This document shows positions 11,119 through 24,430 of a stretch of DNA of 64,000 bases, piece after piece. The stretch's first letter is position 1. Every line of letters begins with the position of its first letter. This stretch comes from Candidatus Eiseniibacteriota bacterium (GTDB lineage: Bacteria > Eisenbacteria > RBG-16-71-46): assembly GCA_044223005.1 (NCBI GenBank), contig JBGAML010000003.1:128001-192000 (forward strand), read 5' to 3'. Below the pieces are notes generated by a model. That model was not told the DNA's origin and ran no database searches. It was given only the letters and a program-made list of their open reading frames with translations. Both the position numbers and the translations under genes were made by a program.

Positions 11119-12459
11119 ATGAACTCCCTGCGCAACGAATCCGAGAGCGCCGCCGGGCTGGCCGTCGACGACCTGCTCGAGACCTGGCGACTCCTCGACA
11201 TCGAGGAGCGGCTCGAAGCATTCCTCGACCTCCCTCGTGAGGAGGCGGAGGACTTCTTCCTCGACCTGCGGGCGCGCGACGAGTACGAACTGATCCGCTC
11301 CATGCCGGCGGGCCAGCGCCGCTCGTGGATGCGGCTCCTGCCACCCGACGACGCGGTGGACGTGGTCCAGGAGGCCGAGGAGCCCGCGGAGCGCGACGAG
11401 CTGCTCGCGCTGCTCGACGACAAGACGCGCGTCGAGGTGCAGGCGCTGCTCGCGTACGCCGAGGACGACGCCGGCGGCCTGATGACGCCGGCCTACGCCC
11501 GCGTGCGCCCGGACATCACGGTGGACGAGGCGATCGCCTACCTGCGCCGGCAGGGGCGCGACCGGCTCGAGCACGTGAACTACGTCTACGTGCTCGAGGC
11601 CGACCAGAAGCTGCAGGGCATCGTGTCGCTGCGCGACCTCTTCACGGCGCCGTCGGGGAAGACGGTGCGCGACATTATGAGCAGCGATCTCGTCACGGCG
11701 CGCGAGGACATGGACCAGGAGGCGCTGGGGCGGCTGTTCGCCCAGTACGACCTCCAGGCCGTGCCCGTCGTGGACGCCGAAGGGCGCATGAAGGGCATCG
11801 TCACGGTCGACGACATCGTCGACGTGCTGCAGGAAGAGGCCACGGAGGACATCCAGAAGATCGGCGGTACGGAAGCCCTCGATGCGCCCTACCTCGAGAT
11901 CGGCCTGCCGCAGATGGTGGGCAAGCGCGTCGGCTGGCTGTCGGCGCTCTTCCTTTCCGAGATGCTCACCACCACCGCGATGAGCCGGTTCGAAGCCGAG
12001 ATCTCGCGCGCGGTCGTGCTCGCGGTCTTCATCCCGCTCATCATCTCGAGCGGCGGCAACTCGGGCTCGCAGGCCACGACGCTCGTGATCCGCGCCATGG
12101 CGCTGGGCGAGGTGAAGCTGCGCGACTGGTGGCGCGTCGTCCGCCGCGAACTCGCGAGCGGGCTCATGATGGGCGGCATCCTGGGCGCGATCGGGTTCTC
12201 GCGCGTGGCGCTCTGGCACGTGATCTTCAAGTCGTACGGCGCACACTGGCTGCTGGTGGGCGTCACGATCGGCACCAGCGTGCTGGGCGTGGTGACCTGG
12301 GGAACGCTGTCGGGCTCCATGCTGCCCTTCGTGCTCCGCCGCGTCGGGCTCGACCCCGCGAGCGCCTCGGCGCCGTTCGTCGCCACGCTCGTCGACGTGA
12401 CCGGCATCGTCATCTACTTCTCGATCGCCAGCCTCGTCCTCCGCGGCACGCTGCTGTAG
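11119..12459 (+). CDS. mgtE: Magnesium transporter MgtE
   Basis: MgtE-N region, AGGLMT, CBS pair, GGNSGSQ, DPA.ASAPFVATLVDV. Confidence 0.96.
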   Translation: MNSLRNESESAAGLAVDDLLETWRLLDIEERLEAFLDLPREEAEDFFLDLRARDEYELIRSMPAGQRRSWMRLLPPDDAVDVVQEAEEPAERDELLALLDDKTRVEVQALLAYAEDDAGGLMTPAYARVRPDITVDEAIAYLRRQGRDRLEHVNYVYVLEADQKLQGIVSLRDLFTAPSGKTVRDIMSSDLVTAREDMDQEALGRLFAQYDLQAVPVVDAEGRMKGIVTVDDIVDVLQEEATEDIQKIGGTEALDAPYLEIGLPQMVGKRVGWLSALFLSEMLTTTAMSRFEAEISRAVVLAVFIPLIISSGGNSGSQATTLVIRAMALGEVKLRDWWRVVRRELASGLMMGGILGAIGFSRVALWHVIFKSYGAHWLLVGVTIGTSVLGVVTWGTLSGSMLPFVLRRVGLDPASASAPFVATLVDVTGIVIYFSIASLVLRGTLL

Positions 12460-12483
12460 CGGCCCGCGGGCGCGCGACGCCCG

Positions 12484-13890
12484 CTACGGCCGCGGTTGCG
12501 CGTCGAGCCAGCGCAGCGCTCTGGCCTCGTCGTCGAACGCGCCGTCCAGCTGCGCCTCGAACGCGCGCGCGAGCACTTCGCCCACGGCGGGCCCGGGCGT
12601 CCAGCCGCGCTCGATCAGGTGCCGGCCCAGGAGCAGCGGCCGCGGCGCCTCGTGGCGCAGGCGCAGCGCATCGGCGATCCGCAGCAGCTCGAGCAGCGTC
12701 TCCGGCGGCTCGGCCGGCAGCGGCGGCCGAGCCGCCGCGTCGGCGCGGATCACCACCGCGAGCCCGGAGATCGTCTCGGGATCGAGCCGGCGCGCGAGCC
12801 TCCGCACCGCGCGCTCGCTCGCCGACTGCAGGTGCGTCATGTGGTTCACGACGAGCGGGACGACCCGCTCGGAGGTCCAGCCCGGGGCGCCGATCCGCTC
12901 GAGGAACGCCGCCGCGAGCGGGCCGCCGGCCACGTCGTGGCCCGGCGAGACGATGCGCTCGGCGCCGCCGCGCACCTCGCGAGACGTCGTGGAGGGCTTG
13001 CCCGCGTCGTGCAGCAGCACGGCCAGCGACCACGCGATGCGCGAGGGCTCGTCCGCCTCGCGCCACACCGGGTCGCGCACCAGCTGGTCGAGCGCCAGCC
13101 CCGTGTGCGTCCAGACGTCGCCCTCGGGGTGCCACGCCGGGTCCTGCGGCGTGCCCACGAGCGCGGCCAGTTCGGGGAAGTGCGCGAGCCAGCCCGTCTG
13201 CTCGAGCACGCGCAGGCCGGCCGAGGGCCGCACGGCGCGCGCCGCCCACTTGAACCACTCCTCGCGCACGCGCTCGCGCGCGAGCTCGCCGTAGCGATCC
13301 GCGATCGAACGCGCGAGTGCCGCGGTCTCGGGCGCGAGCGCCAGGTCGAACCGCGCCGCGAGCTGCATCGCGCGCAGCACGCGCAGCGGGTCCTCAGGGA
13401 ACGCCGGGCTCGTGTGCCGCAGCACGCGGGCGCGCAGGTCGGCGAGCCCGCCGTGGTGGTCGAGCACCTCGCCGCGGCGCGGATCCCAGAGCAGTGCGTT
13501 GAGCGTGAAGTCGCGCCGCGCGGCCGCCTCGGCCATGGGCAGCTCGGGATCGGTCTCGATCGCGAACCCGCGGTGTCCTTCGCCCGTCCGGGAGTCGCGG
13601 CGCGGGAGCGAGAAGTCGGCCCACTCGTTCCCGCCCAGCGGCAGGCGCACGACGCCGAACGCACGGCCGACCTCGTCGGTCGCGCCGAACGGCGCGAGCG
13701 CGGCGGCGAGCTCGCCCGCGCGCAGCCCCCACACCTCGACGTCGACGTCCTTCACCGGCCGGCCCAGCAGCGCATCGCGCACGCTGCCGCCGACCACGAA
13801 CGCGCGGGCGAACGCGGGCCCGGAATCGAGCACGCGGCGGAGCGATTCGGGCAGTTCGATCGTGAGCGGCTGTACGACGGGTTCAGGCAC
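12484..13890 (-). CDS. tRNA nucleotidyltransferase (CCA/poly(A) polymerase family) with HD domain
   Basis: VGGSVRD.LLG..KDVDVE, RRDFTLNA, EDPLRVLR, HPEGDVWTH, LLHDAGK, P.L.GRHL...G..PGP..G. Confidence 0.92.
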   Translation of the reverse strand: MPEPVVQPLTIELPESLRRVLDSGPAFARAFVVGGSVRDALLGRPVKDVDVEVWGLRAGELAAALAPFGATDEVGRAFGVVRLPLGGNEWADFSLPRRDSRTGEGHRGFAIETDPELPMAEAAARRDFTLNALLWDPRRGEVLDHHGGLADLRARVLRHTSPAFPEDPLRVLRAMQLAARFDLALAPETAALARSIADRYGELARERVREEWFKWAARAVRPSAGLRVLEQTGWLAHFPELAALVGTPQDPAWHPEGDVWTHTGLALDQLVRDPVWREADEPSRIAWSLAVLLHDAGKPSTTSREVRGGAERIVSPGHDVAGGPLAAAFLERIGAPGWTSERVVPLVVNHMTHLQSASERAVRRLARRLDPETISGLAVVIRADAAARPPLPAEPPETLLELLRIADALRLRHEAPRPLLLGRHLIERGWTPGPAVGEVLARAFEAQLDGAFDDEARALRWLDAQPRP

Positions 13891-13977
13891 GGCGCGGGCC
13901 TCCGGTGGGACTGGTTCACGCTAGCCGGACACGGCCGCGACGGCCAGTCGGACGCGTTCCGGCCGCGCGATCCGGGC

Positions 13978-14006
13978 TTGAACCACGCGGCCGCATCCCC
14001 TAGATT
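13978..14006 (+). promoter_or_regulatory. Putative sigma70 promoter of the pyrB operon
   Basis: TTGAAC-N17-TAGATT, about 25 nt upstream of the PyrR box. Confidence 0.55.
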
Positions 14007-14031
14007 TCTCTGCGGTCCGACACACCTGTCA

Positions 14032-14066
14032 CCTTTAAAGGGTCCCCGCGAGGGCCCGAAGGGAGG
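14032..14066 (+). promoter_or_regulatory. PyrR-binding RNA stem-loop overlapping the pyrB Shine-Dalgarno
   Basis: CCTTTAAAGGGTCCCCGCGAGGGCCCGAAGG has CUUUAA, a CCNGNGAGG loop and a CCUU/AAGG basal stem that runs into GGAGG (14062-14066). Confidence 0.88.
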
Positions 14067-14071
14067 AACGG

Positions 14072-15076
14072 ATGACGCTGTCCGAAGCTGCCGTGCATGC
14101 CCCGGCGCCCAACGGCGCGGGGGTTTTTTCTATCCGTCCGGCTGCTGAAGAACGGCACCTGCTCGGCCTCGAGGGCATGACCCGCGACGCCCTGCTGGAT
14201 CTGCTCGAGGACGCCGCCCTCGAGCGCGAATGGCTCCGCTCCGGAGCCCCCAACCGCGACGACCTCGCGGGCTGCACCGTCACACTGGCGTTCATCGAGG
14301 ACTCGACGCGCACGCGCTCGAGCTTCGAGATCGCGGCGAGAAGGCTCGGCGCCAACGTGCTCACGTTCAGCGCCTCGGCCTCCTCGCTCAACAAGGGAGA
14401 GACGCTGCTCGACACGATGAAGCTCTTCGAGGCCATGGGTTCGCAGCTGCTCGTGATCCGGCACGGCATGTCGGGCGCCGCCGCCTACCTGGCGCGGCAC
14501 CTGCGGCGCGTCGGCGTGCTCAACGCCGGCGACGGCATGCACGAGCACCCGACGCAGGGGCTCCTGGACCTGCTCACGCTGCGCGACGCGTGGGGCGGCC
14601 GCTTCGAGGGACGCCGGCTCGCGATCGTGGGCGACCTCGCGCACTCGCGCGTGGCGCGCTCGGCGATCGCCGGGCTCGCGACGCTGGGCGCCGACGTCAC
14701 CGTGTGCGGGCCCGGTACGTTGCTGCCCGCGGACGTCGAGCTGCTCGGCTGCTCGGTGGCGGGCACGGTCGAGGAAGCGCTCTCGGGCGCCGACGGCGTG
14801 ATGGCGCTGCGCATCCAGAAGGAGCGCATGGAGAAGGGCCTGCTGCCCTCGCTCGGCGAATACTCGCGCGAGTGGGGCATCGACGCCGAGCGCGTCGAGC
14901 GCATGAAGCCCGGCGCGGTCGTGATGCATCCCGGCCCGGTGAACCGCGGCGTCGAGCTGGATCCGGCGGTCGCCGACTCGGGACGCTCGGTGATCCTCGA
15001 CCAGGTCGAAAACGGCGTGGCCGCCCGGTGCGCCGCGCTCAAGCGCTGCTGGCACGCGCTGAAGGAGGCCGCGTGA
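14072..15076 (+). CDS. pyrB: Aspartate carbamoyltransferase catalytic subunit
   Basis: RHLLG, EDSTRTRSSFE, KGETL.DT, NAGDG.HEHPTQ.LLD, HSRVARS, MHPGP.NRG.E. Confidence 0.97.
   Translation: MTLSEAAVHAPAPNGAGVFSIRPAAEERHLLGLEGMTRDALLDLLEDAALEREWLRSGAPNRDDLAGCTVTLAFIEDSTRTRSSFEIAARRLGANVLTFSASASSLNKGETLLDTMKLFEAMGSQLLVIRHGMSGAAAYLARHLRRVGVLNAGDGMHEHPTQGLLDLLTLRDAWGGRFEGRRLAIVGDLAHSRVARSAIAGLATLGADVTVCGPGTLLPADVELLGCSVAGTVEEALSGADGVMALRIQKERMEKGLLPSLGEYSREWGIDAERVERMKPGAVVMHPGPVNRGVELDPAVADSGRSVILDQVENGVAARCAALKRCWHALKEAA
14100..14129 (+). terminator. Intrinsic terminator/attenuator inside the 5' end of pyrB
   Basis: cccc-g-gcgcc-caac-ggcgc-ggggg followed by six T, a rare U-tract in this GC-rich DNA. 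Confidence 0.7.
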
Positions 15077-16386
15077 GCACGCTGACGCTGTTCCGGAACG
15101 TGATCCACTGGCGGACCGGCGAGCGCGTCACGGTCGCGGTCGAGGACGGCGTGATCGTGCCGCTGCCGCGCGAGGGTCAGGCGCAGGCGCGCGTGATCGA
15201 GCGCCCGGGCGCCGTGCTGGCGCCGGGGCTCGTGGACCTGCACGTCCACCTGCGCGAGCCGGGACAGGGCGCCAAGGAGACGATCGAGACCGGGACGCGT
15301 GCGGCCGCCGCGGGCGGCTTCACCAGCGTCGCGTGCATGCCGAACACGGTGCCGGTCGTGGACACGCCGGCGTGGGTCGAGTGGATCCGCCACCGCGCCG
15401 AGGGCGCGTCGGCGCGCGTGCTGCCGATCGCCGCCGTGACGCAGGGTCAGAAGGGCGAGCAGCTCGCGCCGCTGCAGGCCATGGCGCGCGCGGGCGCGGT
15501 CGCGTTCTCCGACGACGGCCACCCGGTTGCGAGCGCGGCCGTGATGCGCCGCGCGCTCGAGTACGCGCGTTCCACCGGACGGCCGATCGTCTGCCACGAA
15601 GAAGATCCCGAGCTCAAGGGCGAGGGCGTCATGAACGAGGGCTTCACCGCGACGCGGCTCGGCCTGCGCGGCATTCCCAACGCCGCCGAGAGCGTGATGG
15701 TGCGCCGCGACGTCGACCTCGCCGAGCTGACGGGCGCGCGCGTGCACCTCGCGCACCTCTCGACGGCCCAGGGCTTCGATGCGCTGCGCGACGCGCGCCG
15801 CCGCGGCCTGCCCGTGACGGGAGAGACCTGCCCGCACTACTGGGTGCTGACCGACGAAGCGGTGGGCGACTACGACACGAACGCCAAGATGAACCCGCCG
15901 CTGCGCAGCGACGCCGATCGCGAGGCCTGCATCGCCGCGATCGTCGACGGCACGATCGACTGCTTCGTCACCGACCACGCGCCGCACACCGCCGACGAGA
16001 AGGCGCGCCCGTTCGCCGAGGCGCCGTTCGGCATCGTCGGGCTGGAGACCGCACTCGCGCTCACGCTCACGTTTCTCGTGCGCCCGGGGCACCTCACGCT
16101 GGCGCAGGCGATCGAACGCTGGACCGACGCGCCGCGCCGCATCTTCGGGCTGCCGGTGGTGGACCTCGAGCCGGGCTCGGCCGCGGACCTCGTGCTGTTC
16201 GACCCCGAGGCCGAGTGGAACGTGCGTCCGGAGAACTTCCGCAGCAAGGGCCGCAACACGCCGTTCGCGGGCTGGACGCTGCACGGCCGCGTGCTCGCGA
16301 CGATGATGGACGGCCGCCTCACGCACCAGGCACACGATCTCGAGATCGGCGACGAGACGATCGTGTCGGTGGAGGGAACGCGTTGA
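15073..16386 (+). CDS. pyrC: Dihydroorotase
   Basis: GTG overlaps the pyrB stop. DLHVHLREPG, MPNT.P, FSDDG, KMNPPLR, TDHAPH, SKGRNTPF. Confidence 0.96.
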   Translation: MSTLTLFRNVIHWRTGERVTVAVEDGVIVPLPREGQAQARVIERPGAVLAPGLVDLHVHLREPGQGAKETIETGTRAAAAGGFTSVACMPNTVPVVDTPAWVEWIRHRAEGASARVLPIAAVTQGQKGEQLAPLQAMARAGAVAFSDDGHPVASAAVMRRALEYARSTGRPIVCHEEDPELKGEGVMNEGFTATRLGLRGIPNAAESVMVRRDVDLAELTGARVHLAHLSTAQGFDALRDARRRGLPVTGETCPHYWVLTDEAVGDYDTNAKMNPPLRSDADREACIAAIVDGTIDCFVTDHAPHTADEKARPFAEAPFGIVGLETALALTLTFLVRPGHLTLAQAIERWTDAPRRIFGLPVVDLEPGSAADLVLFDPEAEWNVRPENFRSKGRNTPFAGWTLHGRVLATMMDGRLTHQAHDLEIGDETIVSVEGTR

Positions 16387-17536
16387 ACCGTCGACCCCCG
16401 GCGATGCTGGCGCTCGAGGACGGGCGTGTCTTCCGCGGCGAAGGGTTCGGTGCCGCCGGCGAGACGACGGGCGAGGTGGTGTTCAACACCGCCATGACCG
16501 GCTATCAGGAAGTGATGTCGGATCCGTCCTACTGCGGCCAGATCCTGACGTTCACGTACCCGCTCATCGGCAATTACGGCGTGAACGGCGAGGACTGGGA
16601 GAGTGACCGCCTGCGCGCGCAGGGCATGATCTGCCGCGACCTGTGCGAGGTGCCGAGCAACTGGCGCAGCACCGGCACGCTCACCGACCTGCTCGCCGAA
16701 CGCGGCGTGCCGGGTCTCTCGGGGATCGACACGCGCGCGCTGACGCGCCACCTGCGCGACCGCGGCACCATGCGCGGCTGCCTCTCCACCGTGTCGACGA
16801 ACGCCGACGAACTCGTGGAGAAGGCGCGCCAGAGCCCGCGCATGGAAGGCCTCGCGCTCGCCGACGTCGTCACGTGCGTCGAGCCCTACTGGTGGGGCGA
16901 GCACGGTGTCACCGAGGCCGAGCCCGTGCCCGACCGCGGCAAGCCGCTGGTCGTCGCGCTCGACTTCGGCGTGAAGTGGAACATCCTGCGCCGCCTGCGC
17001 GCCGAGGGTTTCCGCGTGCGCGTGGTGCCCGCGCGGACGACCGCGGCCGAGGTGCTGGCGATGGAGCCGGACGGCGTGCTGCTCTCCAACGGCCCCGGCG
17101 ACCCCGAGCCGCTCGACTTCGCGATCGTCGCCGCGCGCGAACTGACCCAGAAGCTGCCCACGCTCGGCATCTGCCTCGGGCACCAGCTGATCGGTCTCGC
17201 GTTCGGCGCGACCACGAGCAAGCTCAAGTTCGGCCACCGCGGCGCCAACCACCCGGTGATCGACCGGCGCTCGGGCGTCGTCGAGGTGACGAGCCAGAAC
17301 CACGGCTTCATGGTGAACGCGGACACGCTCCCCGAGGGCGAGTTCGAGCTCACGCACTTCAGCGGCAACGATGGCACGCTGGAAGGCATGGTGCACCGCT
17401 CGCTGCCCGTCTTCAGCTGCCAGTACCACCCCGAGGCCGCGCCCGGGCCGCACGATTCGCGCCCGTGGTTCCGCGTCTTCGCCGATGCGGTCGCGAAGCG
17501 CCGCCGCCGTCCGGTCGTCGCGGGAGGGACGCGCTG

Positions 17537-17537
<1 letters not shown>
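16383..17537 (+). CDS. carA: Carbamoyl-phosphate synthase small subunit
   Basis: [53 protein letters not shown]. Start is TTG 16383 or ATG 16404. Confidence 0.97.
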
Positions 17538-20721
<3,184 letters not shown>

Positions 20722-20725
<4 letters not shown>

Positions 20726-22560
20726 AGTCTCGACGTTTCGCGTTCGTGCTGGTGGCCGCGGTCCTGTTCGCGGTGCTCGCCAGTTCGTGCGCGTACTACA
20801 ACACCTTCTACCTCGCCCGGAAGTACTACTTCCGCGCCACGGCGGGCGCTCCGTACGAGGTCGACCGCTCCGGAAGCGGCCAGTCGAACTCGTACACGAG
20901 CTCGATCGAGTACTCCAAGAAGGTGATCGCGCAGTACCCCAAGTCCAAGTGGGTCGATGACGCCTACCTGCTCTGGGCGCGCGCGCTGATCGGCCGTGAC
21001 GACCCGCTGCAGACGATCACCATGCTGCAGGACTTCGTGGACCGGTTCCCCAAGTCCGACCAGCGTGCCGAGGCGACGTTCTTCCTCGGGCTCGCGTACC
21101 GCAACGCCCGGCGCTACACGCAGGCGGTCGAGTCGTTCGACGACTTCCTCAAGATCGCGCCGCGGAACCCGCTCGTGCCGTACGCCTATCTCGAGCGCTC
21201 CCGCGCGCTTTCGTCGCTCGGCCGCTACGCCGAGGCCGCCGACGCGGCAGGGCTGCTGCTCGAGCGCTATCCGGGCCACGAGCTGGCCGATCGCGCCCGC
21301 CGGCAGCGCGCCGAGGCGCGGCTGCAGGACGGCAACTACGACGGCGCCCGCGCGGACTTCCACGACATCGGCCTGCGCGCGACCAGCGACCAGGAACGCT
21401 TCGAGTTCCTGATGCGCGAGGCGGACTGCCTCGAGGCCGCGCGCCAGTACGACGCCGAGCTCGAGCTGCTGCGCACCGAACTCGGCCACACGCCGCCGCC
21501 CCCGCCGCCCGCCGGCGTCGGGACGAGCTCGGCCGGCAACGTACTGCAGCCCGGCCAGACGGAATCCGTCGTGCAGCCCGGCGCGATGGGACAGCCGCGG
21601 CTCCAGTCGCAGCAGACGTCCTTCGTCGCCTCGGAATCGTACGGGCGGTTGACCATGCGCATCGGCACGGCCCTGCTGCTCTCGGGCCGCATCCCGGAAG
21701 CGCTGGCCCAGTACGACCACGTGATGAAGGACTACCCCAAGACCGTGCTCTCGGCCGAGGCGCAGTACCGCATCGGCTACGCCTACGAGACGGGCGCCGA
21801 GGACTTCGAGCGCGCGATGCTCGAGTACGGCCACGTGAAGGACCAGTACGGCTACACGCAGTTCACGCAGCAGGCGCAGCAGCGTTCCGACGATCTCGCC
21901 CGCATCATGCAGTTCCGGCACGGCAGCGGCGCGGACTCGCTCGAGAAGAAGGCCGAGGCCGGGTTCCTGACCGCCGAGCGCTACCTGTTCGAGCTCAAGA
22001 AGCCCGATCGCGCGCTCGAGGAATACGCCACCGTCGCGCGTACGTACCCGGGCACGGCGGTCGCGGCGCGGGCGCTCAACGCCGAGGCGTGGGTGATGTC
22101 GCGCAAGCTCGGCCGCAAGGAGAGCGCGGACTCGCTGTTCTGGAAAGTCGTGCGCGAATACCCGGCGACCGAAGCGCAACTCGCGGCCCGCGACTATCTC
22201 GAGCAGACCGGGCAGCGCGTCCCGGACAGCTTGATCGTGCCGCCCAAGCCGGCACCGCCTCCGCCGCCCGACACGACGCGCACGCTGACGCCGATCCCGT
22301 CCCGCACGCCGAGCCTGGGGATGGTGAACGCGACGCCCGATTCACTGCATCGCCCCGCGTACAACATGGTCGGTCCCGGGGGCGTGGCGCGGGATTCGCT
22401 CGGCCGCCCGCTGCCCAACGTCGGCCAGCCGCAGCGCCTCGGGGCGCCGGGCTTCCCGGCCGATTCCCTCGGCCGCCCGCGCGGGCTGTTCCCGCCACCC
22501 GCGTCGCTGCCGCCGTCGGTGCCGCCCGCCGACACGGCGCGCCAGGGGAGCACGCGTTGA
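20722..22560 (+). CDS. TPR-repeat outer-membrane lipoprotein (BamD/SprE-like N-terminus) with Pro-rich tail
   Basis: Lipobox [23 protein letters not shown] and repeated (F/Y)P.S...AEA TPR motifs. Start is CTG 20722 (overlapping the carB stop, after GGAGG) or GTG 20746. Confidence 0.8.
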
Positions 22561-23444
22561 CCGTGACGGCCCGCCGCCGCTGGCAGCAGGCCGTCGCCGT
22601 CGTGCACCGCCAGTCGGCCTACGGCGCGGGTCTGCGCTGGCTCGAGCTCGACGTGGCGCCGCCGTTCCCGCTGCCGGTCGCGGGGCAGTTCGTGCAGGTG
22701 CAGCTGCCCGCCCCCTCGCCGGTGCTGCTGCCGCGCCCGATGAGCGTCGCGGCCGCGACCGCGCGGCGCAACGGTGGCGCGCGGCTCGGGTTCCTGTACG
22801 CGCCGGTCGGCACGGGCACGCGTGCGCTCGCCGCGCTCGCGCCCGGTGCGGAGCTTTCGCTCACCGGACCGCTCGGGCGCGGCTATCCGCTGGACGAGCC
22901 CGGTTCGCCGGTGCTGGTCGCGGGCGGGCGCGGCGTCGCGCCGCTCCTGATGGCGGCCGACGCGCTCGCGCGGCAGCGCCGCCGCAACACCTTCCTCTTC
23001 GGTGCGCGCACGGCGAAACTGCTCGCGGGTCTCGCCGAGGCGCGCGAGCGCATCGCGCGCCGGGGCGGCACCCTGCACGTGGCGACCGACGACGGCACGC
23101 GTGGCACGCGCGGTGACGTGCTCGCGCTGCTCGATCGCGTCGCGCCGAAGCTCGAGGCGCCGATCGTCATTCACGCCTGCGGCCCGCACGCGATGCTCGC
23201 CGCGATCGCGCGTTGGGCGATCGCGCGCGACGTGCGCGCGCACCTCGCGATGGAGAGCGTCATGGCCTGCGGCACCGGCGTCTGCCGCGGCTGCCCGCTG
23301 CCGCGCAGCGCCGAGGCGTCGGCGCGCGTGCGGGCCGCGGGCGAATCGGCCCCGGCGCTGCAGGGCAATCCCGAGTGGGCGATGTGCTGTACCGACGGCC
23401 CCGTGTTCGAAGCGCGCGAACTGGACTGGGAGCGGATCGCGTGA
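22557..23444 (+). CDS. pyrK: Dihydroorotate dehydrogenase electron-transfer subunit
   Basis: GQFV, RPMS, GPLGRG, GG.GVAPL, CGP..ML, MACG.G.C.GC...C.DGPVF ([2Fe-2S] motif). Confidence 0.92.
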   Translation: MTVTARRRWQQAVAVVHRQSAYGAGLRWLELDVAPPFPLPVAGQFVQVQLPAPSPVLLPRPMSVAAATARRNGGARLGFLYAPVGTGTRALAALAPGAELSLTGPLGRGYPLDEPGSPVLVAGGRGVAPLLMAADALARQRRRNTFLFGARTAKLLAGLAEARERIARRGGTLHVATDDGTRGTRGDVLALLDRVAPKLEAPIVIHACGPHAMLAAIARWAIARDVRAHLAMESVMACGTGVCRGCPLPRSAEASARVRAAGESAPALQGNPEWAMCCTDGPVFEARELDWERIA

Positions 23445-24430
23445 GCGCCCCGGCGTTCGGCGGCCGCCCGATCGCGGCGAAGCGCGTCGATCTCGAGGTC
23501 GCGATCGGTTCGCTGCGCCTGCGCTCGCCGGTGCTCACCGCGTCGGGCACGTTCGGCTACGGCGACGAGTACGCGCACGTGGTCGACCTGCGGGCGCTGG
23601 GCGGCGTCGTCACCAAGACGGTCACGGTGCGGCCGCGACCGGGCAACCCGCCGCCGCGCGTCGCCGAAGTCGCCGCGGGGATGCTCAACTCGATCGGGCT
23701 CGAGAACGTGGGGCTCGAGCGCTTCCGCGCCGACAAGCTGCCGAAGCTGCGCGCGCTCGAGGCGACGGTGGTCGTGTCGGTGGGCGGTGAGACGCCGGAC
23801 GAACTGGCGACGCTCGTGGACGCGCTGGGTCGCGAGGACGGCGTCGCCGCGCTCGAGATCAACTTCAGCTGCCCGAACGTGGCCGCGGGCGGGGCGCGCT
23901 ACTGGGCGGAGCCGTCGCGGCTCGAATCGACGATGGCGCGACTGCGCGCGCTCACGGCGCGCCCGCTCGTGGCCAAGCTCTCGCCGGACGTGACGGACAT
24001 CCGCGAGACGGCGCTCGCCTGCGAGCGCGGCGGCGCCGACGCGCTGACCTGCGTGAACACGTTCGTCGGGATGGCGATCGACCTCGAGCACGTGCGCAGC
24101 AGGCTCGGCCGCGCCACGGGCGGCGTGAGCGGCCCGGCGATCAAGCCGCTGGCGCTGGCGCGCTGCCACGAGGCGGCGCACGCGGTGCGGATTCCGGTGA
24201 TCGGCTCGGGCGGCATCGCGAACGGCCGCGACGCGCTCGAGTTCATGGCGGCGGGCGCGACGGCGGTGCAGGTGGGGACGGCGACGTTCACCGAGCCGGG
24301 AGCGGCGGCGCGGGTGGTGGAGGAGATGCGCGCCTGGCTCGCGGCGCACGGGGTGACGAAAGTGACGGACCTGCGCGGCGCGTTCTCGGCGCCGGCGGCC
24401 CAGGCGCACGCGCCGGAAGGGGGAGCATGA
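23441..24430 (+). CDS. pyrD: Dihydroorotate dehydrogenase class 1B catalytic subunit
   Basis: ASGTFGYG, GNPPPR..E...GMLNSIGLEN.G, EINFSCPN, KLSPDV, GG.SGPAIKP. Confidence 0.96.
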   Translation: MSAPAFGGRPIAAKRVDLEVAIGSLRLRSPVLTASGTFGYGDEYAHVVDLRALGGVVTKTVTVRPRPGNPPPRVAEVAAGMLNSIGLENVGLERFRADKLPKLRALEATVVVSVGGETPDELATLVDALGREDGVAALEINFSCPNVAAGGARYWAEPSRLESTMARLRALTARPLVAKLSPDVTDIRETALACERGGADALTCVNTFVGMAIDLEHVRSRLGRATGGVSGPAIKPLALARCHEAAHAVRIPVIGSGGIANGRDALEFMAAGATAVQVGTATFTEPGAAARVVEEMRAWLAAHGVTKVTDLRGAFSAPAAQAHAPEGGA

